Shown: in pieces, positions 1 to 9,118 of the stretch
Layout of the letters: the number at the start of each line of letters is the position of its first letter
Position numbering within the stretch: the stretch's first letter is position 1
Origin: Candidatus Saccharimonadota bacterium
GTDB lineage: Bacteria > Patescibacteriota > Saccharimonadia > UBA4664
Length of the DNA stretch: 64,000 nucleotides
Reading direction: 5' to 3'
Assembly (NCBI GenBank): GCA_019352195.1
Contig: JACAFG010000002.1
Coordinates: 103,820 to 167,819 of the forward strand
Notes under the pieces: generated by a model
What the model was told of the DNA's origin: nothing
The model's input: the letters and a program-made list of their open reading frames with translations, nothing else
Database searches by the model: none
Made by a program: the position numbers and the translations under genes

Positions 1-627
1 CGTCAGGACCCGAACGTAATTCTGGTTGGAGAAATTCGCGACAAAGAAACCGCCGATCTGGCGGTCCAGTCGGCCCTGACGGGGCACGTGGTGCTTTCTA
101 CGATTCACACTAACTCAGCAGCCGGTGTGTTGCCGCGGTTGTTAGACATGGGCATTGAGCCGTTTCTCATTGGATCTACCATTAACACGGTCATTGGTCA
201 GCGCTTGGTACGCAAACTGTGCGAGAAATGCAAAGAGCCGTATCAAACCACTGATAGTGAGACCAAGTCGATTGTGGATACGTTGGGGAAAGTTTTACCC
301 AAATCGAAAGGTGATTTGGCTACCGTTAAGGAAGATGTAGGTTACGAAGTCTTACCCCTCGTCGACGACAAGACCTTTACTGCCTACAAAGCTAAGGGCT
401 GCAACGCCTGCGGGGGATTGGGGTACCAGGGTCGTATTGGTATTTACGAAGTGTTCTCGATGACGCCGGCCATGGAGAAGCTTCTGCTAGCTCACGCGAC
501 CACATCGGAAGTGCAAAACCAAGCTCAGGGTGACGGAATGCTGACTATGAAGCAGGATGGTTATTTTAAGGCGCTGAACGGCCTAACAACCTTGCAAGAA
601 GTAGCCCGAGTTGCTGCCGACTTCTAG
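1..627 (+). CDS. pilB: Type IV pilus assembly ATPase PilB/GspE, C-terminal part (gene starts upstream of window)
   Basis: Frame-1 ORF is open from nt 1. The translation ([30 protein letters not shown] ... CEKCKEPY ... [19 protein letters not shown]) matches the GspE/PilB C-terminal region with its tetracysteine motif. It lies directly upstream of pilT-pilC. Confidence 0.85.
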   Translation, partial: RQDPNVILVGEIRDKETADLAVQSALTGHVVLSTIHTNSAAGVLPRLLDMGIEPFLIGSTINTVIGQRLVRKLCEKCKEPYQTTDSETKSIVDTLGKVLPKSKGDLATVKEDVGYEVLPLVDDKTFTAYKAKGCNACGGLGYQGRIGIYEVFSMTPAMEKLLLAHATTSEVQNQAQGDGMLTMKQDGYFKALNGLTTLQEVARVAADF

Positions 628-726
628 ATAAACGCAGAGTGCTGCTTCGCTTGAAGCGAAAATAATGAAATCGCGTGACAAGGCCATACCCCTTGTGCTT
701 TAATAAGTACAATTGTGAGGTGATGA

Positions 727-1806
727 GTGGACGCAACCAAGACCGCGGGACCAAAAATTGAACTATTGCTCGAGCAAGTAACACGCTTAAACGCCTCTGA
801 CTTGCACCTTCAGGTCGGTTTGCCGCCAATGCTGCGCATAGATGGCAGTCTTAAGGCGGTCGAGGATGTCGCACTTTTGGACGCGGCCGATGTTGAGAAG
901 CTTATCTTTAGTATTCTTGATGATGATCAAAAAGAAATTTTGCTGAAAGACAAAGAAGTCGACTTTTCGTTTGCTTTTGGTACGTATGGCCGCTTCCGCG
1001 TAAACGCTTTCCATGAACGAGGCAATCTGGCCGCCGCTTTGCGACTCATTCCGTCACAAATCCGTACCCTCGAAGATCTTGAAATGCCCAAAATTTTGGG
1101 TGATTTTGCTCGTTTTCCACGTGGGTTAGTGCTGGTTACCGGTCCGACCGGCTCTGGTAAATCTACCACGCTGGCGGCTATGGTGGACCGCATTAACACC
1201 GAGCGCGCCTGCCACATTTTGACGATTGAAGACCCGATTGAATACGCGCACCACTCCAAAAAGAGCATTGTGGTGCAGCGTGAAATTCACTACGACACTT
1301 ACTCGTTTGCGGCGGCCCTACGCTCAAGTTTGCGACAAGACCCTGATGTTGTGCTTATTGGTGAGATGCGCGACCTGGAGACCATTTCGGCGGCCGTTAC
1401 CATCGCTGAAACGGGCCACTTGGTACTCGCTACGCTGCACACCAACAGTGCGGCACAATCTATTGACCGTATGATTGATGTTTTCCCGCCCCACCAGCAA
1501 CAGCAAATTCGCATTCAGCTGGCCGGCATGTTGCAGGGGGTTGTGAGCCAACGGTTGGTGCCAAGTATTGGCGGTGGCCGCGTAGTTGCTGCCGAAATTT
1601 TGGTGGCTACGGGCGCCGTCCGTAACATTATTCGTGAGGGTAAAACTCACCAGCTGGATGCCGTGATTCAAACGGGCGCTGATATGGGCATGACCAGCAT
1701 GGACCGTGTGTTGGTCCAGTTAATTCAGGCAGGAAAAATTACGTATGATGAAGCCAAGAACTTTGCGTTAGATTTGACCGAGCTTGATCGGCTCATGAGA
1801 GGATGA
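727..1806 (+). CDS. pilT: Twitching-motility retraction ATPase PilT
   Basis: GTG start. The 359 aa product carries Walker A GPTGSGKST, the PilT-type motifs (HILTIEDPIEY, GEMRD) and a conserved C-terminus. Position is between pilB and pilC. Confidence 0.9.
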   Translation: MDATKTAGPKIELLLEQVTRLNASDLHLQVGLPPMLRIDGSLKAVEDVALLDAADVEKLIFSILDDDQKEILLKDKEVDFSFAFGTYGRFRVNAFHERGNLAAALRLIPSQIRTLEDLEMPKILGDFARFPRGLVLVTGPTGSGKSTTLAAMVDRINTERACHILTIEDPIEYAHHSKKSIVVQREIHYDTYSFAAALRSSLRQDPDVVLIGEMRDLETISAAVTIAETGHLVLATLHTNSAAQSIDRMIDVFPPHQQQQIRIQLAGMLQGVVSQRLVPSIGGGRVVAAEILVATGAVRNIIREGKTHQLDAVIQTGADMGMTSMDRVLVQLIQAGKITYDEAKNFALDLTELDRLMRG

Positions 1807-1810
1807 CGCA

Positions 1811-3037
1811 GTGTTAACGTTTACTTATACTGCGCACCAAACCGAATCAGGCGCTATTGTAAAAGCCGAGGTACAGGCCGAGAGCGAGCGCGCGGCTGCC
1901 AAATTGTTGGTGAGCCAGGGATTGTTCCCTATTGATATTGAGATCAAGGGTTCTGACGACATCATGGCTAAGCTGGGTCTGGGGGAGCGGATCCCAGGCA
2001 AAGACCGCGTTATCTTTACGCGTCAGCTGTCGACGCTTATCAACGCTGGTTTGCCGCTTACCGAGAGCCTGCGTACGGCTCAAGAGCAGGTTAACTCGAA
2101 GCCGTTGCAAACGGTGGTGGCGCAAATTGTAACGAGCGTTGAAAGTGGTGTGAGTATGTCGGCCGCGTTTGCCGAACATCCCAAGGTGTTTAACCAAATT
2201 TATATTTCCCTTGTGGCCGCTGGTGAAGCTTCGGGCTCGCTCGACAAGGCTTTAGAGCGCATCGCCAATCAGCAAGAAAAAGACGCAGCCATTGCCAGCA
2301 AACTGCGGGGCGCCCTTATTTATCCGGTTATCGTATTGGGCGTTATTTTTGCCGTGTTGGTTTTTATGCTTACGAGCGTGTTGCCGCAAATCGCCGGTTT
2401 GTACCAAGACCTTAAGCAACCACTACCGTGGTATACCCAGATCATGGTGAACGTATCGAATGCCATCATGCACTACTGGTGGGCCATGGTGCTTGTGGCA
2501 GCAGTGGTGTTCTTTTTGACGCGTTCATGGGCGAGAACCGACAGTGGGCGTTCTAATCTTGATGCGATCAAGCTAAAGTTGCCTATTTTTGGCAATATTT
2601 ATGCCAAAGTGTACATGGCACGGTTTTCCCGAACGCTTGGGACCATGATCATGAGCGGCATCCCTATGCTCGAAGGTTTGCGTATCGTGCGTGATTCGAT
2701 TGGTAACATGCATGTGGCGGCGGTCGTAGATGAGGCGATAATGGGTGTAAAAGGCGGCAAAGCGTTATCATCGATGCTTGAGAATAAGCCTAATTTCCTC
2801 AAACTGGTACCGCAGATGATTAAGATTGGTGAGCGCTCAGGTGCAATCGATGGCATGCTCGATCGCGTCGCTTTGTATTACGAGGGTGAAGTGGACGAAG
2901 AAGTAGCTAATATTTCTACTACTATGGAGCCTTTGCTCATGGTAGTGCTGGGGGTAGTGGTGGGCGGTGTTATCGCGGGTATCTTGTTGCCAGTTTATGG
3001 CCTGGTTGGTAGCGGTGGTATTAACAACCTCAACTAG
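1811..3037 (+). CDS. pilC: Type IV pilus inner-membrane platform protein PilC (GspF family)
   Basis: 408 aa with two GspF-type repeats (LSTLINAGLPLTESL ...; ... MIKIGERSGAIDGMLD) and TM segments. It sits in pilB-pilT-pilC order. Confidence 0.88.
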   Translation: MLTFTYTAHQTESGAIVKAEVQAESERAAAKLLVSQGLFPIDIEIKGSDDIMAKLGLGERIPGKDRVIFTRQLSTLINAGLPLTESLRTAQEQVNSKPLQTVVAQIVTSVESGVSMSAAFAEHPKVFNQIYISLVAAGEASGSLDKALERIANQQEKDAAIASKLRGALIYPVIVLGVIFAVLVFMLTSVLPQIAGLYQDLKQPLPWYTQIMVNVSNAIMHYWWAMVLVAAVVFFLTRSWARTDSGRSNLDAIKLKLPIFGNIYAKVYMARFSRTLGTMIMSGIPMLEGLRIVRDSIGNMHVAAVVDEAIMGVKGGKALSSMLENKPNFLKLVPQMIKIGERSGAIDGMLDRVALYYEGEVDEEVANISTTMEPLLMVVLGVVVGGVIAGILLPVYGLVGSGGINNLN

Positions 3038-3076
3038 GTTGGCTGACCCGAACTAAAAAAAGTAACCAAAAGCGGT

Positions 3077-3108
3077 TTGACATTTTGCCTCGTGAGAGGC
3101 AGTATAGA
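3077..3108 (+). promoter_or_regulatory. Possible sigma70-like promoter upstream of the major pilin gene (TTGACA ... TATAGA)
   Basis: TTGACA at 3077-3082 and TATAGA at 3103-3108. The 20-nt spacing is longer than optimal, so this is weak. It follows the pilC stop. Confidence 0.2.
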
Positions 3109-3155
3109 GCCAAGTCGTATTATCGACCATGTATTAAAGAAAGGTTTGATAGCAG

Positions 3156-3581
3156 GTGAGCAATCTCCTTAAGAAAGAGAAGGGTTTTACCCTTATCGAA
3201 GTTGTCCTTGTTCTTGCCATCGCGGGTTTGCTCCTCGTGATCGTTTTCTTGGCCTTGCAGGGTGCTCAGCGTAGCCGACGGGACACTCAGCGCAAGAATG
3301 ACGCTTCACGTATGCTGGCCTCGGTTGAGTCGTGTGCGAGTAACGCTAACGGTGTTTACACCGCTTGTGTTACCTCGAACCCGCTCGTTACGGCTACTGC
3401 CCCTAACACGCCCTACTTCGCTCCCAACACGGGCCCAAGTGGATCAACGTACTCGGTTGGCGCAACAGCTAACCTGACCACCTTTGTGGTTACGCCCAAC
3501 GGTCTTTGCGGTACGGTCTCGCACCCGGTTACGGTTCAAATTGGCCAAGAAGCTGGCGCAACCTACTGCATAGGTAACTAG
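3156..3581 (+). CDS. pilA: Type IVa major pilin (prepilin with short leader, G-1/F+1/E+5)
   Basis: N-terminus MSNLLKKEKG|FTLIEVVLVLAIAGLLLVIV is a class III signal peptide. The 141 aa product has a Thr/Ser/Ala/Asn-rich C-terminal globular part and C-terminal Cys residues. A strong intrinsic terminator follows immediately. Confidence 0.85.
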   Translation: MSNLLKKEKGFTLIEVVLVLAIAGLLLVIVFLALQGAQRSRRDTQRKNDASRMLASVESCASNANGVYTACVTSNPLVTATAPNTPYFAPNTGPSGSTYSVGATANLTTFVVTPNGLCGTVSHPVTVQIGQEAGATYCIGN

Positions 3582-3606
3582 CTCTCACCGGTCTGAAAAT
3601 GAAAAG

Positions 3607-3627
3607 GAGGCCTCCGGGCCTCTTTTT
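3607..3627 (+). terminator. Rho-independent terminator after the major pilin gene
   Basis: gaggcc-tccg-ggcctc hairpin followed by TTTTT. Confidence 0.7.
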
Positions 3628-3642
3628 CGTTATACTACGGTT

Positions 3643-4431
3643 ATGCTTTTAACGATTTATCTTGGGTTCGTTGGTTTAGTCATTGGTTCGGCTATAAATG
3701 CCATCGTGTGGCGACTCTATGTCGGTCGCAAATGGAGCAAGGGCCGCAGTATGTGTCCGGAATGCAAACATGTATTGGCGCCCAAGGACCTTATTCCTAT
3801 CGTCAGTTGGCTCACTTTAGGTGGAAAGTGTCGTTATTGCCGCGCGCCCATCAAAGACAGTCCCATTGTCGAAGCCATTACCGCGGTGTTGTTTGCATTG
3901 TCGATGTATGTGCTGGCGCCAGTCACTCCGATTGGTTACATAGTGCTCGGATTGTGGCTGCTGCTTCTAACCTTGCTGATTATTCTGGCCGTCTACGACA
4001 AACGGTGGATGTTATTGCCGGATAAAATCATGCTGCCGGCGATTGGCGTGGCAGGAGTTTTGGTTCTGGTGCGAGCTCTCAGCGTACACTCGTGGCTGGC
4101 AGCGCGCGGGCCGCTGTTGGCTGCCTTACTATTTGGCGGCATGTTCTTTGCCATTGTTGCCATCTCTAAGGGACGGGCCATGGGTGGGGGAGACATTAAG
4201 TTTGTTTTTCTCATGGGACTGGTGCTGGGCTTGCGCGGTACGCTACTCGGTCTGCTGATTGCTTTTGATGTGGCGGCTGTTGTTGCGGTAGCTTTAATTG
4301 TGCTCAAACGCCGTGGCAGGAGGGATCAAATAGCTTTTGGGCCGTTTTTGGCAGGAGCCACAGTCGCCACCTATTTATACGGTGCACATGTCATACATTG
4401 GTATTTAACTTACAACGGGCTTGCCAACTAA
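3643..4431 (+). CDS. pilD: Prepilin peptidase / N-methyltransferase PilD (A24 family)
   Basis: The CPECKHVL ... CRYCRAPI zinc-binding tetracysteine region, multiple TM helices and a GGGDIKF catalytic-Asp region are typical of A24 peptidases. Confidence 0.85.
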   Translation: MLLTIYLGFVGLVIGSAINAIVWRLYVGRKWSKGRSMCPECKHVLAPKDLIPIVSWLTLGGKCRYCRAPIKDSPIVEAITAVLFALSMYVLAPVTPIGYIVLGLWLLLLTLLIILAVYDKRWMLLPDKIMLPAIGVAGVLVLVRALSVHSWLAARGPLLAALLFGGMFFAIVAISKGRAMGGGDIKFVFLMGLVLGLRGTLLGLLIAFDVAAVVAVALIVLKRRGRRDQIAFGPFLAGATVATYLYGAHVIHWYLTYNGLAN

Positions 4432-4461
4432 CTTCGCGCTTGTGATATAGTCAAAGTACTT

Positions 4462-5127
4462 ATGGTAAAGAATGAGGCCGGTTTCACTCTAGTCGAAGTC
4501 ACGATAGGCCTTGCTATCACGGGAGGCCTTCTCGTGATAGCTCTTACTGGTCAGCGTCAGCTGCGTAATCACAACACGTTTACGGCGGCCACTGATCAAG
4601 TAATCCAAAGCTTGGCTTCGGCGCGCAACGATGCAGTAAGCGGTGTTATCCCCTCAACCACGGTTTGTGGTGGCCAAACGGTTGGATCAGGAAATATCAC
4701 GTTTGGCGGTACGGTTTGGCGCGGCGGAATAGCTAGTGGTGTCACGCAGTTTAATGTTCAAACCGTTGTCATTGCCCGTAACCGTACTGTCTGCTCAACG
4801 GAGCCTGGTTTTTCGATGCAAAGCACACATCCGGTGCCACTGGTAACTCAGCTCACGTCGCTCAACAGTGGGCTGCTCCATAATACGCCTGACGTAACGG
4901 GCGCGCAGGTAATTTTTCTGCGCAGCCCTACGAGCGGCGGTTTCTCGGTCTGTTTGGTGCCCTACAGCATGCCTTCGACGGCTACATCGGTAGTTTTTTC
5001 TAGTGGTAATTGTCCTTCAACAGGCGGGTTTGCGGCACTAGCGACTGAGAACGTTGTGGTGCGTGATCCTAACGGCCAGATCTTAACCATTAAAGTCGAC
5101 GGCACAACCGGATTGGCTACGCGTTAA
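4462..5127 (+). CDS. Minor pilin / pseudopilin (FimT/GspH-like)
   Basis: N-terminus MVKNEAGFTLVEVTIGLAITGGLLVIA carries the prepilin cleavage motif. The 221 aa product sits in the pilus gene cluster. Confidence 0.7.
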   Translation: MVKNEAGFTLVEVTIGLAITGGLLVIALTGQRQLRNHNTFTAATDQVIQSLASARNDAVSGVIPSTTVCGGQTVGSGNITFGGTVWRGGIASGVTQFNVQTVVIARNRTVCSTEPGFSMQSTHPVPLVTQLTSLNSGLLHNTPDVTGAQVIFLRSPTSGGFSVCLVPYSMPSTATSVVFSSGNCPSTGGFAALATENVVVRDPNGQILTIKVDGTTGLATR

Positions 5128-5145
5128 AAGTGGAATGGTATAATT

Positions 5146-5721
5146 ATGATAGTTATGCTTAAAACTCTCCGTAGCTTTTTTTGCAGTGAGCGTGGCGACA
5201 CCTTGGTTGAGGTGACATTTGCTTTGGGAATTATGGCGACCGTGCTGATATCGGCGACGCTCGTTGGGGTACGTGCACTCAACTTAGGGCGATCGGCTCG
5301 AGAACGAGTTCAGCTCGTAAACGTGGCGACAGCCCAGGCAGAAGCCTTGCGAAGTTTCCGCGATAATACGCTTTGGAATCAGTTTGTTGCGGGCGGAACA
5401 GTTGGGGCGCTGCATTTCACCGGTGTGACTAATACGCTGGGCTCGAGCTGCAGACTACCGTCACTTGCCGGCCAGTCGTGCTATCACATTGCGGTTCAGA
5501 GTGGCCTGTTTGTACCGGTGAGCGGCTCAGTGACGGGCGGCGTTAGCGGTATACCGGGTGGCGCGTTCATCGAGATTCCGCTCTCGTCAGCTAGTTCGTG
5601 TTCGAGCGTGATGGGGGTTCACTACGGCGTTCCATCGGTTGGAGCTGGTCCCTGGCAGGAGGGGGTTATCATCGTTAAACTCGTGAATCTTAATTACACG
5701 GGAGTGGCCAGCGCATGCTAA
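5146..5721 (+). CDS. Minor pilin, PilV-like
   Basis: N-terminal RGDTLVEVTFALGIMATVLISATLVGV is a pilin-like hydrophobic segment. ... AQAEALRSFRD resembles PilV. The start may instead be the ATG at 5155. Confidence 0.6.
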   Translation: MIVMLKTLRSFFCSERGDTLVEVTFALGIMATVLISATLVGVRALNLGRSARERVQLVNVATAQAEALRSFRDNTLWNQFVAGGTVGALHFTGVTNTLGSSCRLPSLAGQSCYHIAVQSGLFVPVSGSVTGGVSGIPGGAFIEIPLSSASSCSSVMGVHYGVPSVGAGPWQEGVIIVKLVNLNYTGVASAC

Positions 5722-6278
5722 AACAACGTGAGGCTGGTTTTACCCTCATTGAATTGCTCATGGCAATGGCTATTTTTAGTTTTATGCTCACCATCATTAT
5801 TACGGGCTTTGTGAATGTGGTTGGTCTGCATAATCAATCGGTGGCTGCTAATGTGGTTCAGGATAACGCTCAAACTATTATTGCTACCATGACACGTGAG
5901 ATCCGCGAAGGCACCGGCCTCGTGCTGCCGTCGACGGCCCAGCCCAATCCAGGCTATATCTGTATGAATGACGGGACCGTGCGTTACTACGTCGTCGGAA
6001 CGACGCTTGTGAAAGCGGTGGCTTTACCGCCAAATTGCGCCAAGCCATCTTCACCTATAGCGTTATCCTCGTCGACGGTTCACGTAGCGTCTTTTGTGCC
6101 TACCTTTGAAGCGGGCGGACTGCATCCGACCATTGGTATGCAACTCGAGGTCACCACGCCAACAGGTACGGTTGGCTCAGGCATAGCGACTCAATGCCTT
6201 AACAAATCAGCGGCTCACTTTACTTGTGCTACGGTGGTCGTAAACAGCGCTGCGTCGCCGAGAGGAGAATCACAATGA
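5715..6278 (+). CDS. Minor pilin, PilW-like
   Basis: N-terminus MLKQREAGFTLIELLMAMAIFSFMLTIIITGF is a prepilin motif. It overlaps the previous gene by 7 nt, which suggests operonic translational coupling. Confidence 0.65.
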   Translation: MLKQREAGFTLIELLMAMAIFSFMLTIIITGFVNVVGLHNQSVAANVVQDNAQTIIATMTREIREGTGLVLPSTAQPNPGYICMNDGTVRYYVVGTTLVKAVALPPNCAKPSSPIALSSSTVHVASFVPTFEAGGLHPTIGMQLEVTTPTGTVGSGIATQCLNKSAAHFTCATVVVNSAASPRGESQ

Positions 6279-7381
6279 TGCCCACTATTAATCGACGTGA
6301 AGACGGCTTTGTTTCGTTAATTACAGCTATTCTTATCTGTTTATTGTTGCTCACTATTACAACGAGCCTCATTGCCGTGCAAACACTGACCTTACGCCAG
6401 GCCGAAAATACCGAGGAGAGCCAAAAAGCGTATTATGCTGCTGAGAGCGGGGCAGAAGACGCTATCGCGAAGGTTAATACCGGCGCTATCGTGGCCGGAT
6501 CTAACCAGTCCTGTAGTAGTCCAAATGCCGTTAATACCAACCTCGATCCAAGTGCTTCGGGGCAGGTGGGCTGGACCTGCCAAGCGGTAACTTTCTCGGG
6601 TTCACCATCGGGTAAGCTCATTACGCCTGACGCTGCCATTACGGTAGATCCTTATAACCCGGCGACGTCTAGCAGTATTTCAAAAATGGTTTTGCGCTGG
6701 GATCAGTCGTCGGGCGCGCATATTACTCCCAGCTATCTAGCGTCACGCACATGGGCGTCCTATCCTTCAAGCACTGGCTATGGCCAGCATGCGATGCCGC
6801 TAGAGCTCACGGTGGTAGACTATCCAACCGGATCATTTGCCGCGGCTGCCATCAAAACGCAGAATTTACTGATACTACCTAGTTACAATGCTGGCGGCAA
6901 CGCGACATACTCGGTAGCCGGTGGTGTGTGCGCTGCTGGTGCCACATGCGGGGTTGATGGACGTAACCCATTTCATGCCGATTGTACGACGGCCGGTACG
7001 GCAGATGCGTCCGGAAATTCCACCACCAATTATCACTGTGAAATTACGATCAGCAGTCTCACGCCGTCACATAATTACTTATTTCGCATTCGTAGCCTCT
7101 ATTTGGCCGATGGCGACTTCGGCTTTAGCGGGAGCGGCCAGTTTGTGATGAACTTTTATAATTCGGCTGGCACGCTGCTGGCTCCGCCCAACCAAGTTGC
7201 TACCATAGATGTGACTGGTAAAGCGGGTACCGTATATCGCCGAGTTATCTACAAACAGCCAGTGGGCCCTGAGGCACAATCAAACCTCAATTACACGCTG
7301 TTTGCGGATGGCAACTTGTGCAAAGATTACACCGTCGTGGGCGGGGTTAGGCCCGGCGGTGCTGATCCGTGCGCCCCATAA
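6275..7381 (+). CDS. Minor pilin / tip-associated protein, PilX-like (PilX_N-type N-terminus)
   Basis: ATG at 6275 is preceded by agaggagaa (SD). The N-terminus MMPTINRREDGFVSLITAILICLLLLTITTSLIAVQT ... AYYAAESGAEDA resembles the PilX N-terminal domain. The C-terminal part is large, Cys-containing and Gly/Thr/Ala-rich. Confidence 0.6.
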   Translation: MMPTINRREDGFVSLITAILICLLLLTITTSLIAVQTLTLRQAENTEESQKAYYAAESGAEDAIAKVNTGAIVAGSNQSCSSPNAVNTNLDPSASGQVGWTCQAVTFSGSPSGKLITPDAAITVDPYNPATSSSISKMVLRWDQSSGAHITPSYLASRTWASYPSSTGYGQHAMPLELTVVDYPTGSFAAAAIKTQNLLILPSYNAGGNATYSVAGGVCAAGATCGVDGRNPFHADCTTAGTADASGNSTTNYHCEITISSLTPSHNYLFRIRSLYLADGDFGFSGSGQFVMNFYNSAGTLLAPPNQVATIDVTGKAGTVYRRVIYKQPVGPEAQSNLNYTLFADGNLCKDYTVVGGVRPGGADPCAP

Positions 7382-7417
7382 GACAGTTGGATTTAGATCA
7401 ATGCAATCGCCGGCGCT

Positions 7418-8341
7418 TTAAGCGCCGGCGATGTCTTGGTGGTGGAAGCGGTCGTGAACGCTTTTGAGCTGCGGATCGGTAATGTGGGTATAAATTTGAG
7501 TGGTAGCAATGTTGGCGTGGCCCAACAGCCCTTGGACACTACGGATATCAGCGCCGTTTTGGAGTAGATCGGTGGCAAAGCTGTGGCGTAGGGTGTGCGG
7601 CGTCACGTCTTTGGTAATGCCAGCTAGTCCAGCAAATCGCTTGACCAGACGTTGTACGCTGCGCACGGTGAGGCGGGTGTACATGCCGTCATCTAAGCTA
7701 TTCTGCGACCCTGAATAATGAATGAATAAAGGTAAATAATTATCCTTTCGGGTGTCCATGTAGAGCCCGATCCAATTGGCGGCTTGGGGGCTAATAAAGA
7801 CTGGCCGATCTTTTTGACCTTTGCCCCTGACCATAAACTCGCGCCGCTCCAGATTGATGTGACTACGGTCGACGCTGACCAGTTCACTGACGCGTAGGCC
7901 GCCCGAAAACAAGAGTTCGATGATGGCACGGTCGCGCAGTCCAACGGCGTTTGAAGTGTCGATGGCAGCGAGTAGCCGTTCGACCTCGTCGGCATCTAAG
8001 AAGGTTACCTGCGGCCGGACTGTTTTCGCAAGCTCAATTTTGGCTGAGTCGAGCGCTTTAATGTCGCGTTTGGCAAGATATTTGAGAAATGAGCGTAAGG
8101 CAATGAGGTGGTAGTTTTGCGTAGCTTTGCTAAGTTCGTCGCCGCGATCGTCCTTAAAGCGGTTGAGGTGCAATCGGTATTGTCGAACCATTTCGTTGTC
8201 TACCTTACTAATGTCGCAATCGTCGCAAAACTCCACAAAGCGCATGAGGTAATGATTGTAGTTACTAATCGTCTTCTGGCTACGATTCTGTTCGATCTCC
8301 AGGTGCTCTAAGTAGTCGGTAACGAGGCTTGATAGTTCCAT
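7418..8341 (-). CDS. xerC: Tyrosine recombinase XerC/XerD family
   Basis: N-terminal SAM-like domain and C-terminal catalytic domain with R..HxxR..Y residues (HTLRHSFATDLLQNGADIRSVQGLLGHANIATTQIYTHI). The product is 307 aa. Confidence 0.85.
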   Translation of the reverse strand: MELSSLVTDYLEHLEIEQNRSQKTISNYNHYLMRFVEFCDDCDISKVDNEMVRQYRLHLNRFKDDRGDELSKATQNYHLIALRSFLKYLAKRDIKALDSAKIELAKTVRPQVTFLDADEVERLLAAIDTSNAVGLRDRAIIELLFSGGLRVSELVSVDRSHINLERREFMVRGKGQKDRPVFISPQAANWIGLYMDTRKDNYLPLFIHYSGSQNSLDDGMYTRLTVRSVQRLVKRFAGLAGITKDVTPHTLRHSFATDLLQNGADIRSVQGLLGHANIATTQIYTHITDPQLKSVHDRFHHQDIAGA

Positions 8342-8591
8342 AGCTATATCTTAGCACTTATGGTTACAGAGGGGACTGTGTCGCACAATTATATGTGGAT
8401 ACTAATGGTATCGCTCTACGCGTGATAGACACTGGTTAATTCCCGCTTTGGTATTGGTTAAATTACACTGGTTATGGACCCCGTGGCTTATATAAGTTCT
8501 TAAAAGAAGTAGGGGAAGCGACATAACGGCAAGATGCGAAACGCCCCCGGCGGCCAATGAGGCTACTGGGGGCGGCGCGAGCGGTGGGGTT

Positions 8592-8960
8592 CTAGGTGGC
8601 GGTGGAGGCGGAGCGGGCGTCGACCACGGTCTGACCGGCGCGGACCAGGCGGCCGTGGACCTCGAAGGTGAGGGGGGAGGCAATGGTGGCGCGGAGGCGG
8701 GTGCGGATGTCAGCGATGAGATCCGGCCACTGGTCGGCGCGATTGGTGCAGCTGTCCGTGATGGTGATGACGATACTGTATGTCTGTCGCTGGGGGAGCC
8801 GGCCGGCGTCGGTGAACCGGATGAGAAGCGTGTCGGGCCTGAGCGCGGCCACGATTTCCCGCTCGATGCTAGTGCGCAGCGTTTCGAGGTTGCTGTGAAA
8901 CTCTGCCACGGCCTCGATCGGACGATCGGTGACATCGTGTGAGACGAGAACTAAACACAT
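8592..8960 (-). CDS. Hypothetical protein encoded in a short high-GC islet
   Basis: A 122 aa ORF with a good SD (aaggagacccc-ATG). The region from about 8520 to 8960 is clearly more GC-rich than its surroundings. The protein shows two beta-alpha-beta-like halves, possibly a tautomerase- or ABM-like fold, but it is not recognised with confidence. Confidence 0.45.
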   Translation of the reverse strand: MCLVLVSHDVTDRPIEAVAEFHSNLETLRTSIEREIVAALRPDTLLIRFTDAGRLPQRQTYSIVITITDSCTNRADQWPDLIADIRTRLRATIASPLTFEVHGRLVRAGQTVVDARSASTAT

Positions 8961-9118
8961 GGGGTCTCCTTGAACGTGGGTCGGGGGAAGTACAAGGTAC
9001 GCGTAACAATATCATAGTGCTCAGCTTAATCAAGAGATTATTAACGAACCGACCGCCCAAAACGACTACTGGAAGCCAGTCTTGACCAAGCTTATCTGTT
9101 AAATGATACACTAGCGGT

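Noticed and set aside
155-340. A small plus-strand ORF inside pilB
   Set aside because: It is an alternative frame within a well-supported gene.
1324-1671. A 115 aa minus-strand ORF
   Set aside because: It lies entirely within pilT on the opposite strand.
8402-8935. A 177 aa minus-strand ORF, Pro/Ser/Ala-rich, in the high-GC patch
   Set aside because: The low-complexity composition is typical of an off-frame shadow ORF in GC-rich DNA. The overlapping 122 aa frame has an SD and a more protein-like composition.
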